Shown: positions 49,761 through 58,926 of the stretch, one piece after another
Position numbering within the stretch: position 1 is the stretch's first letter
Layout: the number at the start of each line of letters is the position of its first letter
NCBI GenBank assembly: GCA_963674755.2
Contig: CAXXVS010000002.1
Location: forward strand, 1,376,001 to 1,440,000
Source: Desulfobacterales bacterium
GTDB taxonomy: Bacteria > Desulfobacterota > Desulfobacteria > Desulfobacterales > UBA5852
Reading direction: 5' to 3'
DNA length: 64,000 nucleotides
The notes under the pieces: generated by a model
Told to the model about the DNA's origin: nothing
Databases searched by the model: none
The model's input: the letters and a program-made list of their open reading frames with translations, nothing else
Made by a program: the position numbers and the translations under genes

Positions 49761-50633
49761 ATGAGCTTTCAAAGACGACTTGCATCGGGCGAATTTGTAG
49801 TTCTGGCGGAAATGAACACACCCAAAGGCGTCAATGTATCGGAGTTGGTGGCCAACGCTCGCAAGATCAAGGGGCGGGTTGACGCGGTCATCATACCCGA
49901 CATGGATAACGGCGTGATGCGAATGAGCGCCCTCGCCGGCGGGGCCCTTATCCATCAGCAGGGCATGGAGGCGATTATCCATCTCTATTGCCGGGACCGC
50001 AACCGGATGGCCCTGCAGGGCGATGTTCTCGCAGCCCACCTTCTCGGTATCCGCAACCTGGTCGTCGTGCCCAGTGAAGAAATGGCCAATGGCGACCATC
50101 GCGATGCGACCGCGGTAAATGACTTGGATGAACTGGAACTTATTGGTGCGATCCAGTCGCTCCAAAACGGGCTGGATATGGCGGGCTTTTCTCTGAACGG
50201 CAGCCCGGAGTTCATCACGGGCTGTACCCTGGGCGCTTTTGCGGACGAACAGGGCCTGGATGCCGCCGTGGCCGATCTTGAAAAAAAGGTGGCGGCCGGT
50301 GCCGGCTTCGTGGTCACCCCGCCCGTCTTCGACGTGGAGTGTTTTGCTGCCAGCATGGAGAAAATTGCCGCCTTGAATGTTCCGGTAATCGCCTCAGTTT
50401 TTTTGCTCAAGTCGGTGGGCATTGCCCGTTATATGTCCCTCAATGAGCCGGGTGCGCATATTTCCGAAGAGCTGATCAAAAGAATACGCAAGGCCCCGGA
50501 CAGGGAAATGGAATGCCTGCGCATCGCCGGTGAAACCATCGCCCAGCTCAAAAAACGCGTTCAGGGGGTCAAGATCGAAACCCAGGGCTGGGAGCATAAA
50601 CTACCCACTATTCTGGAATTTGCTGGGCTCTAA
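49761..50633 (+). CDS. MetF-like paralog with altered folate-binding residues
   Basis: MTHFR fold (RMSALA, CRDRNRMALQ, KKVAAGA), but GD is replaced by SE and TQ by TP. Confidence 0.75.
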   Translation: MSFQRRLASGEFVVLAEMNTPKGVNVSELVANARKIKGRVDAVIIPDMDNGVMRMSALAGGALIHQQGMEAIIHLYCRDRNRMALQGDVLAAHLLGIRNLVVVPSEEMANGDHRDATAVNDLDELELIGAIQSLQNGLDMAGFSLNGSPEFITGCTLGAFADEQGLDAAVADLEKKVAAGAGFVVTPPVFDVECFAASMEKIAALNVPVIASVFLLKSVGIARYMSLNEPGAHISEELIKRIRKAPDREMECLRIAGETIAQLKKRVQGVKIETQGWEHKLPTILEFAGL

Positions 50634-50670
50634 TACATCATTATTCACGTAAACAGCTTAGGATATTAAT

Positions 50671-53600
50671 ATGCCAAATCAAAACAACACAGTTCTGGTA
50701 ATCGGCGGCGGCGTCGGCGGGATGAAGGCGGCCATGGATTTGTCCGAAGCCGGCCGGGATGTCGTCCTGATCGACCAGGCGGCCGCCATCGGCGGCTTGA
50801 TGACCCGTCTCGACCGCACCTTCCCGACCAACAATTGTGATTTATGTACCATTTCCCCCAACCTGTCCGAAAATGCCCGTGAAAAACATATTGAAGTGCT
50901 GCCGCTGACCCAGGTGAGCGGGCTACAGGGGCAAGCCGGTGACTTTGCCGTCACCCTGGCACGGACCCCGCGTTACATCGACATGGAAAAATGTACTGCC
51001 TGCGGCGATTGCCACAAGGCTTTTCCGGAGTGTGTGCGCTTTGAACCCGGGCTGGACCACCGGGCACCGACCTGCATGCGTTACCCCCAGGCAACCCCCC
51101 AGGCCTTTTCCATTGATATGGAAAAATGTGAAGACCCGGCCGCCCTGGTCAAGATATGCCCGGCCGACGCTATCAATCCGGACGATAGCGCGCGAACCGA
51201 AGAACGGCAGGTGGGGGCCGTGGTCCTGGCCATCGGGGCGGAACTCTTCGATCCCGGCCGGCTCGATAACTTCGGATACGGGCTTTACCCCGATGTGGTC
51301 ACCGGCATCGAATACGAGCGGATCATGTCGGCTTCCGGACCCACCGGTGGCGAACTGGTCCGTCCCAGTACCGGCAAGCCGCCGAAACGGGTGGCCTGGA
51401 TCCAGTGCGTGGGCTCCCGCGGCATCAACCGGGAGGATGTCTCTTACTGTTCCGGGGTTTGCTGCATGTACGCCCTCAAAGAGGCCATCGTTACCAAAGA
51501 GCGCTTCCGGGATGACATTGAGACAACGATTTTCTACATGGATATGCGCACCTTCGGCAAGGATTACGAACTTTACTACGATCGTGCCAAAAAAACTTAC
51601 GGCGTGCGTCTCGAGCGTTGCCGGCCCCATTCGGTCACGCCGGATGCCGCCTCCGGGCAACTGGCCATTTCCTATGCCACGGACGCCTCCTCCACGCTGG
51701 CAACGGAAACCTTTGACATGGTGGTCCTCTCCACCGGATTCCGCCCCACGCAAACCGCCCGCCAACTGGCCGAGGTTCTGGACATCGAACTCAACGCGCA
51801 CAATTTCGCCCGCACGCAGGGTTTCAGCCCGGTAGCGACTTCACGGCCGGGGGTTTATGTGTGCGGTGTTTTTGAGAGCCCCAAGGATATCCCCGAAACC
51901 ATGATGCAAGCCAGTGCGGCGGCCTGTCTCGCCTCCAAAAACCTGATACCTGTATCGGCATCCGCCAACGGGGAAGTCGCGCTGCCGCCGGAGCGGGATG
52001 TCAGCGGCGAAGAACCGCGCATCGGTGTGTTCGTCTGTGACTGCGGGCAGAATATCGGCGGTGCTGTGGATGTGGATGCCTTGGCCGCCTACGCCGGCAA
52101 ACTGCCCGGAGTGGTCCTGTCCCAGAACGCAGGCCACGGCTGCAGTCTGGAAGCGCTTGAAACATTAAAAGCCGCCATCGGCCAACACAAACTCAACCGG
52201 GTTGTCATCGGCGGCTGTTCACCCCGGACCCATGAAAACCTTTTCCAGAACACCCTGCGTGAAGCCGGGCTCAACAAGTACCTGGTTGAAATGGCCAATA
52301 TTCGCGACCAGGACACCTGGGTCCACAGGAATAATCCGGAAATGGCCTTGGCCAAAGCCAAAGACCTGATTCGCATGGCGGTATCCGGTGTGACCCGGGC
52401 CCATGCCCTGAATGACAACACACTGCCCATGAACAAGGATGTCCTGGTTCTTGGCGGGGGGGTGTCCGGTATGAATTCGGCCCTTGAACTGGCGGATCAG
52501 GGACACCGCGTATACCTGGCCGAGCAGGCCGGGCATCTGGGCGGCATGGCCATGGCGGTGCGCAAAACACTGGAGGGTGATGATGTTCAGACCTACATGG
52601 CGGACCTGGTTGAAAAGGTATCCCAGCACACGCTGATCGAAGTCATCACACATGCCGTTATGGTCGATCACTCCGGTATGCCCGGGATGTACAAAACCGG
52701 ACTCCAGATCGGCCCCCGGATGTACTACCGGCAGATTGAACACGGCGCGACCGTATTGGCAACCGGTGCAACACACAACGTTCCCCGGATGTACCGCCTT
52801 GGGGAGCATGCCGCGGTTACGACCCAGATTGAGCTGGACAGCCTGATTGAGGACCAGCCGGAACGCGTTAAGGCCTGGGAACAACTGGTCATGATTCAGT
52901 GTGTCGGATCCCGCGTTCCGGAAAACCCCAATTGTTCGCGCATTTGCTGTCAGAGTGCCATTAAAAACGCCCTGCGGGTGCTTGACCTCAACCCCGAAAT
53001 GCGGGTGTTCGTTCTTTATCGGGATATGCGCACGTATGGGTTTTCCGAGGATTACTATGCCGAAGCCCGTCGGCGCGGGGTGATATTTGTGCGCTATGAG
53101 ACGGATACGCCGCCGGAAGTAACGCCGCATGGCGCTCAGGTAAAGGTTGCTTTTAGCGACCCGATCCTCCGCCGCAAGCTTGTGATCACCGCGGATTGCC
53201 TGGCGCTGAGCACCGGTATGGCGGTCAATCAAGAGGCGACAGAAGACCTGGCCACGATCTTTCATCTGAACCGGGCCCTGGAAGGCGGCTTTCTGGAAGA
53301 ACATGTCAAACTGCGGCCTACGGATCTTACCGTTCCCGGCTTTTTCGTGGCCGGCAGTGTTCATGCCCCCAAGAATATCAAAGAGTGTATCGCCCAAGCC
53401 CAGGCTGCGGCCGGCCGGGTCCTGGCCATGCTCTCCAAGGATACGATCAACCTGGGTGCCACGGTGGCCCGGGTCGATCCTGAAAAGTGTGCCACCTGTC
53501 TGGCCTGTGTACGAGCTTGTCCTTACGGAGTCCCCTTTATCAACGAAGATCGCTATTCGGAGATCGACCCGGCCAAGTGCCACGGCTGCGGAATTTGCGC

Positions 53601-53694
53601 GGCCGAATGTCCGGCCAAGGCGATCGAGCTTACCCGGTTTGAGGATGCGCCGATCCTGGCGCGCCTTGAAGTCCTGTTTGAAAGGAGTGCCTGA
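50671..53694 (+). CDS. hdrA: Double-domain HdrA-like flavoprotein
   Basis: LDRTFPTNNC, CVGSR..CSGVCC, PKDIPE, CDCG..GCSPR, second FAD domain CSRICC, terminal ferredoxin. Confidence 0.9.
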   Translation: MPNQNNTVLVIGGGVGGMKAAMDLSEAGRDVVLIDQAAAIGGLMTRLDRTFPTNNCDLCTISPNLSENAREKHIEVLPLTQVSGLQGQAGDFAVTLARTPRYIDMEKCTACGDCHKAFPECVRFEPGLDHRAPTCMRYPQATPQAFSIDMEKCEDPAALVKICPADAINPDDSARTEERQVGAVVLAIGAELFDPGRLDNFGYGLYPDVVTGIEYERIMSASGPTGGELVRPSTGKPPKRVAWIQCVGSRGINREDVSYCSGVCCMYALKEAIVTKERFRDDIETTIFYMDMRTFGKDYELYYDRAKKTYGVRLERCRPHSVTPDAASGQLAISYATDASSTLATETFDMVVLSTGFRPTQTARQLAEVLDIELNAHNFARTQGFSPVATSRPGVYVCGVFESPKDIPETMMQASAAACLASKNLIPVSASANGEVALPPERDVSGEEPRIGVFVCDCGQNIGGAVDVDALAAYAGKLPGVVLSQNAGHGCSLEALETLKAAIGQHKLNRVVIGGCSPRTHENLFQNTLREAGLNKYLVEMANIRDQDTWVHRNNPEMALAKAKDLIRMAVSGVTRAHALNDNTLPMNKDVLVLGGGVSGMNSALELADQGHRVYLAEQAGHLGGMAMAVRKTLEGDDVQTYMADLVEKVSQHTLIEVITHAVMVDHSGMPGMYKTGLQIGPRMYYRQIEHGATVLATGATHNVPRMYRLGEHAAVTTQIELDSLIEDQPERVKAWEQLVMIQCVGSRVPENPNCSRICCQSAIKNALRVLDLNPEMRVFVLYRDMRTYGFSEDYYAEARRRGVIFVRYETDTPPEVTPHGAQVKVAFSDPILRRKLVITADCLALSTGMAVNQEATEDLATIFHLNRALEGGFLEEHVKLRPTDLTVPGFFVAGSVHAPKNIKECIAQAQAAAGRVLAMLSKDTINLGATVARVDPEKCATCLACVRACPYGVPFINEDRYSEIDPAKCHGCGICAAECPAKAIELTRFEDAPILARLEVLFERSA

Positions 53695-54128
53695 TGGAAC
53701 AGTTCGAACCGACGATTGTGGCCTTCTGCTGCCACTACTGTGCTTACACGGCCGCGGATATGGCGGGCAGTATGCGCCTGGAATACCCCGCGAACGTCAA
53801 GGTCATACGGGTACCCTGCAGTGGCAAGGTCGATGCCATCCACATCATGAAGGCGCTGGAAAAAGGGGCTGACGGTGTTCTTGTGGCCGGCTGCCTGGAA
53901 GGGGATTGCCACTTTAAAACCGGCAACGTCAAGGCGCTGCAACGGGTGACCTATCTGCGGCCGCTCCTGGAAGAGATCGGGATCGAGCCGGAACGCGTGC
54001 AGATGGTGAACATGTCCGCGGGCATGGGCAACCGGTTTGCCCAAATTTCCACCGAATTCACGGAAAAGATCAGAGAACTTGGGCCTAATCCTATAAAAGC
54101 GGGCGTATCCCGTTTGGCGGCGTCCTAG
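53694..54128 (+). CDS. mvhD: MvhD [2Fe-2S] subunit
   Basis: CHYCAYTAAD, RVPCSG, GADGV..GCLEGDCHF. Confidence 0.92.
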   Translation: MEQFEPTIVAFCCHYCAYTAADMAGSMRLEYPANVKVIRVPCSGKVDAIHIMKALEKGADGVLVAGCLEGDCHFKTGNVKALQRVTYLRPLLEEIGIEPERVQMVNMSAGMGNRFAQISTEFTEKIRELGPNPIKAGVSRLAAS

Positions 54129-54156
54129 CCCACTACCGTAAGGAGATGAAACGACA

Positions 54157-54822
54157 ATGATTACTGCTGAACGAAAACCGTTGGATGAAATATTGGAAAG
54201 TATCGACGGTTGCAGCCGGATTCTGCTAGTGGGCTGCAATGAGTGTGTGACGGTCTGCGCAGCCGGCGGACGCAAGGAAGTCGCCCTGCTGGCCTCGGCG
54301 CTGCAAATGGCTTCCATGAAAAAAGGGCAGGCGCTGGATGTCCGTGAAATAACGCTGGAGCGGCAGTGTGATCCTGAATATATCGAAGAACTCACACCCC
54401 ATATCGATCAGGTGGACGCCGTGGTGTCCATGGCGTGCGGCTGCGGGGTGCAGGAGGTGGCACGGCGGTTCAAAAAAACCTTCGTGTACCCGGCTGTGAA
54501 CACCAAGTTCATGGGGGCTTCCGAAGGACCGGGAATCTGGGCCGAACGGTGCCAGGGCTGCGGTGACTGCCTGCTGGGACTCACCGGCGGCATCTGTCCC
54601 ATCGCCCGCTGCGCCAAGCGGCTGATGAACGGGCCCTGTGGCGGTTCAACCAACGGCAAATGTGAAATCAGTGACGAGGTGGATTGTGCCTGGCATCTTA
54701 TCTGGGAACGCATGAAAGAATTGGGCATCGAAGATCGCTACGAAGACGTCATTTCAGCCAAGGATTGGCGAACCGGCCGGGGCAGCGGCCCCCGCAAAAT
54801 TCTCAGGGGGGATTTGCAATAA
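54157..54822 (+). CDS. metV: Methylene-THF reductase Zn/FeS subunit MetV
   Basis: GCNECVTVC, RQCD, ACGCGVQ, CQGCGDC, CPIARCAK..NGPCGG..CE..CAW. Confidence 0.88.
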   Translation: MITAERKPLDEILESIDGCSRILLVGCNECVTVCAAGGRKEVALLASALQMASMKKGQALDVREITLERQCDPEYIEELTPHIDQVDAVVSMACGCGVQEVARRFKKTFVYPAVNTKFMGASEGPGIWAERCQGCGDCLLGLTGGICPIARCAKRLMNGPCGGSTNGKCEISDEVDCAWHLIWERMKELGIEDRYEDVISAKDWRTGRGSGPRKILRGDLQ

Positions 54823-55745
54823 TGAAAACGGAAAGTGTGCTGGAAAAAGTATTGGCATCGGGTGAACTGGCAGTAACCGGAGAATGCGGCCCGCCGCGAG
54901 GGGCCCTGCCTGACGTTGTCAAGGAGAAAGCCGCCCTGCTCAAGGGCTATGTGGACGCGGTCAATGTAACGGATAACCAGACCGCCATGGTTCGCATGTC
55001 CAGTTTTGCGGCGAGCCTCTTCCTGCGGCAGATGGATCTGCATCCGGTCTTTCAGATGGTTACCCGGGACCGCAACCGGCTCGCCATGCAAAGTGATATC
55101 ATCGGTGCGTATTCGCACGGGATCAATACCATGCTTTGTCTCTCCGGTGACCATCCCAAATTCGGCGACCACGCCATGGCCGCCAACGTGCATGACCTGG
55201 ATTCCCTGCAATTGATTCAGACCGTTCGGGGCATGCGGGACGAAGGCTGTTTCCAGGGCGGGGCGGAGATCAAGAATCCGCCTAAAATGTTCATCGGCGC
55301 GGCAGCCAACCCCTTTGCGGATCCCTTTGAGCTGAGAGTTTCCCGCCTGGCCAAAAAGGTGAAGGCCGGCGTCGATTTCGTACAGACCCAGTGCATCTAC
55401 AATATCGACAAGTTCGAGACGTGGATGGAAGGTGTCCGGGAGCGCGGCCTGCATGAGCAAGTCTACATCATGGCCGGCATTACCCCGATGAAATCGGCCG
55501 GCATGGCCCGGTATATGAAAAACAAGGTCCCGGGGATGGACGTGCCGGATGAATTGGTTAAACGGATGGCCGGTGTGCCGAAAGACAAGCAGGCCCAGGA
55601 GGGGATTGATATCTGCGTCGAATCCATTGAACGCCTGCGGCAAATCGAAGGCGTCTCCGGGTTTCATATCATGGCCATCGAGTGGGAGGAGAAAGTGCCC
55701 GAAATCGTGAAGCGGGCCGGCCTCCATCCGCGCCCCAAGGTATAG
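54822..55745 (+). CDS. metF: 5,10-methylenetetrahydrofolate reductase
   Basis: ECGPPRG, NVTDN, RDRNRLA, LSGDH, QTQ. Confidence 0.9.
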   Translation: MKTESVLEKVLASGELAVTGECGPPRGALPDVVKEKAALLKGYVDAVNVTDNQTAMVRMSSFAASLFLRQMDLHPVFQMVTRDRNRLAMQSDIIGAYSHGINTMLCLSGDHPKFGDHAMAANVHDLDSLQLIQTVRGMRDEGCFQGGAEIKNPPKMFIGAAANPFADPFELRVSRLAKKVKAGVDFVQTQCIYNIDKFETWMEGVRERGLHEQVYIMAGITPMKSAGMARYMKNKVPGMDVPDELVKRMAGVPKDKQAQEGIDICVESIERLRQIEGVSGFHIMAIEWEEKVPEIVKRAGLHPRPKV

Positions 55746-55807
55746 CCTCCGGGAGATACCTGGCGCGCGGAACAGGTTAAATGCAGCACTAATTGTGAAT
55801 AGGGAGA

Positions 55808-56197
55808 ATGGCGATGAGCAACGACAAATTAATTCTGGTCGTAGACGACGATCCCGATCTGGTGGAATCGGTCTCCATGAGATTGGAAAGCGAGGGTTTT
55901 CAGGTCGCCAAAGCATATGACGGTGTTGAAGCATGGGATCGCATCAAAGATGCAAGACCGCAGATGCTGATCCTGGACGTCATGATGCCCCGCAAGAACG
56001 GCTATGAACTATGCAATGAAATCAAAAATGATCTCAACTTCAAGGATATCACCGTCCTTCTTTTAACGGCGGTGGCCGACGCAATACCGTACACAACCTA
56101 TACGCATATGGATGGAAAGACCACCCTGGCGGATGACTTCATTCCCAAGCCTATTGACTTGGATAATCTCATGGAGATTGTCAAAGATAATCTGTAA
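55808..56197 (+). CDS. Stand-alone receiver-domain protein
   Basis: VVDDD, LDVMMP, LTA, PKP. Confidence 0.9.
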   Translation: MAMSNDKLILVVDDDPDLVESVSMRLESEGFQVAKAYDGVEAWDRIKDARPQMLILDVMMPRKNGYELCNEIKNDLNFKDITVLLLTAVADAIPYTTYTHMDGKTTLADDFIPKPIDLDNLMEIVKDNL

Positions 56198-56208
56198 GCG
56201 CAGCTGAT

Positions 56209-56739
56209 ATGGCAACGATCGGCATCAAGGGGTTGAAAATCAGCGCAGAGCTTTGCCTGGTGCGTCTGCGGGCGGGACCCCGGAGCAGCGGTCTACTGCC
56301 GGCCTTTTGCAGTCGACTGGCCGGCAGCCAGATCAACATGCCGTTTTTATCAGCCGAATCCCAGACCGGCAGCATTTTGGTTAGCTGCTGCGTGGATGCC
56401 GCCCAGCAGGCATTGTTAAAAAAAGTGCTGAGCGCTGAACCGGTGCTGCAGGAGCGCGCCGAATATACCGCGGGGGTCGGGTTGCTGACGCTGTTCCCGC
56501 ATCAGTCCAGCCTGGGGTTGTTTGGCCGGTCGTTGCGCGCCCTGGCCGCGGCGGACCTGCGGGTTTTCGCAATGGCCTCCTCGATCGGCGCCCTGACGTA
56601 TGTGCTCGACTATACCCAGCTCAATAAGGCCGCCGCCGTCATACAAGTATGTTTTGAACTTGTCTCCAACCATGCACCTTTTAGGGCCGAATTTACGGTG
56701 ACGCAGGGAACCCAGCTTAGGCCCGACCGCAGGGACTAG
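56209..56739 (+). CDS. ACT-domain-like protein
   Basis: Resembles tandem aspartokinase-type ACT repeats (INMPFLS; PHQSSLG..AMASSIGALTYVL). Confidence 0.5.
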   Translation: MATIGIKGLKISAELCLVRLRAGPRSSGLLPAFCSRLAGSQINMPFLSAESQTGSILVSCCVDAAQQALLKKVLSAEPVLQERAEYTAGVGLLTLFPHQSSLGLFGRSLRALAAADLRVFAMASSIGALTYVLDYTQLNKAAAVIQVCFELVSNHAPFRAEFTVTQGTQLRPDRRD

Positions 56740-56742
56740 GGC

Positions 56743-57240
56743 ATGGAAACCATCGCCATGTATTGGGAGCCGCAGATCAAGACCTACGGTTTCCAGGTCG
56801 TAACAAATCTGGCCCTCTATAAGTACCGGATACCCGCCGATCTGCCGGCCGAATGGACGCGCGCGATCAAGCGCGTCGAAGATGGGCCCAACCGTTTTCT
56901 TCTATTGTTCGCTCAACTTAGTGCCTCATCGGAGCTTGATTTAGGACTGCTGTGCGAACCTGAGCAGGGCCTTTCCCTGGCGCGCCGCATAGCGGCTGAA
57001 ATACCCGCGGCAGATGACCGGCCCAAGGTCACTGTCCCGGTTGAGTTGATTTTCTTTCAGGGGCCCCATTTCGGGGACCGGTTCGGCATCGCTGATTTTA
57101 CCTACAAAGCCCTCAAAGAAAAGTCGGACGTGCTGCTGGCAGCCGTTTTCACATGTGCTTCTATTTATTTGATTTTGCCCGAAGGGGCGGCGGACGAGAC
57201 CCGAGCTCGCCTGGCGGCTGCCTTCCGGATACCGGGTTGA
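56743..57240 (+). CDS. ACT-domain-like protein
   Basis: C-terminal QGPHFGDRFGIA..AL..ASIYLIL ACT-like segment. Confidence 0.5.
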   Translation: METIAMYWEPQIKTYGFQVVTNLALYKYRIPADLPAEWTRAIKRVEDGPNRFLLLFAQLSASSELDLGLLCEPEQGLSLARRIAAEIPAADDRPKVTVPVELIFFQGPHFGDRFGIADFTYKALKEKSDVLLAAVFTCASIYLILPEGAADETRARLAAAFRIPG

Positions 57241-57247
57241 ACGACGA

Positions 57248-58759
57248 ATGAACAAGAAGCTTTTCAAAGAAATAGACTGGCGGGTGAAAGTTTTTGACTC
57301 CCTGTCCTACCCTACCCTGATAATGACGCCTGACAAAACGATTGTGTCCGGCAACCAGGTGTTCTTCGATAAATTTAAAACCACCCTCGATGATATCGTT
57401 GGCAAAGCCTGCTACGAAGTTTTCTACAATGCCCCCAAATGCCCGAATGAGCAATGCCCGCTGCCCACGGTGATCGCTGAGCGCAAAGGGCAGAGCATGC
57501 TCCACAGCGTTAACACCAATTCCCGAAACAAACTCTGGGAGGACCGGGTTTTTTCACCGATTCTCGGCGATGACGGCGAGGTAGCCTACATTCTTGAGAG
57601 CGTGCGGGACGTTACCCGTCTCAAGAATATGGAGATTGCGCTCAAGGAGACCGAGGCCTTTTTAGAAAAAATTATCACCGGATCGCCCATTGCCATTGTG
57701 GTCTCAGACAACTATGGCAATATCCTGTTGATGAACCCCGCCGCCCAGGAGCTCTTCGGGTATCCCAGCTGGGAAGCCATTACAAATGTCAGCGCGGCCG
57801 CCCTTTATCCCGAAGGGGTTGCCGCGCAAATCCAAGAGAGCCTCAAAGACGAAAAGATCGGCGGCAAAGGTAAGCTGCGCAGTATGACCACCACCATCTT
57901 GAAATCAAGTGGTGAAGAAATCCCCGTTGAGATAACGGCTTCCATTATCTATGAAGATGAAGAAGAGATTGCCATCGTCGGCATCTACACCGACCTGCGG
58001 GAAAAGCTGGCGGTAGAAAAAAAACTAAAGGATACCCGGGCCAGATTGGCGCAATCGGAAAAAATGGCGTCCATCGGCCAGCTGGCCGCCGGGGTTGCTC
58101 ATGAAATCAACAATCCCCTGACCGGAATTCTGTTCTACGCGGAAATGAAACAGGTCCAATTGGCGGCAGACGACCCGGAACGGGGAGAAGTTGCGGACGT
58201 CATTGAGGACGTCAACCGTTGTCGGGACATTGTCAAAAACCTGCTCGCCTACAGCCGCCAGTCTAATCCAACGAAGGAGATCATCCAGCTCAACGAGGTC
58301 GTAGACCAGAGCCTGGCCCTTGTTCGTGATCCGAAAGCGTTGATGAATATTAAAATTGTCAAAGAGAACTACGCAGGTAAAATTCTGGTCCACGTGGATC
58401 GGAACCAGATGTGCCGGGTTATCATCAACCTGGTAATGAACGCCGTATCCTCCATGGAAGGCCACGGCAAGTTGACGTTTCGGACGTATCGGGATACAGC
58501 GCGGCAGAAAGCTGTGCTGGAGATCGAGGACAGCGGCTGCGGGATATCCAAAGAGCATTTACCCAGAATATTCGACCCCTTTTTCACGACCAAGAAACTC
58601 GGCGAGGGCACCGGGCTGGGATTAAGCACGGTGTATGGACTTATCCATGAGAATAAAGGGTCAATCGAAGTCAAGCAGACCAGTGCAAAGGGAACGACCT
58701 TCCTGGTGGAATTGCCCCTTCTCCATTCGATCGAGAGGGCCGGGCAGGAGGACCCTTAA
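57248..58759 (+). CDS. Cytoplasmic PAS-PAS histidine kinase
   Basis: VAHEINNPL, DSGCG, FDPFFTTK, GTGLGL; no TM segment. Confidence 0.9.
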   Translation: MNKKLFKEIDWRVKVFDSLSYPTLIMTPDKTIVSGNQVFFDKFKTTLDDIVGKACYEVFYNAPKCPNEQCPLPTVIAERKGQSMLHSVNTNSRNKLWEDRVFSPILGDDGEVAYILESVRDVTRLKNMEIALKETEAFLEKIITGSPIAIVVSDNYGNILLMNPAAQELFGYPSWEAITNVSAAALYPEGVAAQIQESLKDEKIGGKGKLRSMTTTILKSSGEEIPVEITASIIYEDEEEIAIVGIYTDLREKLAVEKKLKDTRARLAQSEKMASIGQLAAGVAHEINNPLTGILFYAEMKQVQLAADDPERGEVADVIEDVNRCRDIVKNLLAYSRQSNPTKEIIQLNEVVDQSLALVRDPKALMNIKIVKENYAGKILVHVDRNQMCRVIINLVMNAVSSMEGHGKLTFRTYRDTARQKAVLEIEDSGCGISKEHLPRIFDPFFTTKKLGEGTGLGLSTVYGLIHENKGSIEVKQTSAKGTTFLVELPLLHSIERAGQEDP

Positions 58760-58926
58760 GGGAAACGCCTCTAAGTGGCCCCTTTTCAGGTGCCGATCCA
58801 TCCTGCCGGCCATCGCAGCACAGGCCAGGATTGAACGGTACGCTTTTTGGGGGATTGCCATCCGGTCGGCTCAACAACTGCAACCGCAGCCCTTACTTAG
58901 CGTCCGTCCATAAGAGGAGATTTTCC

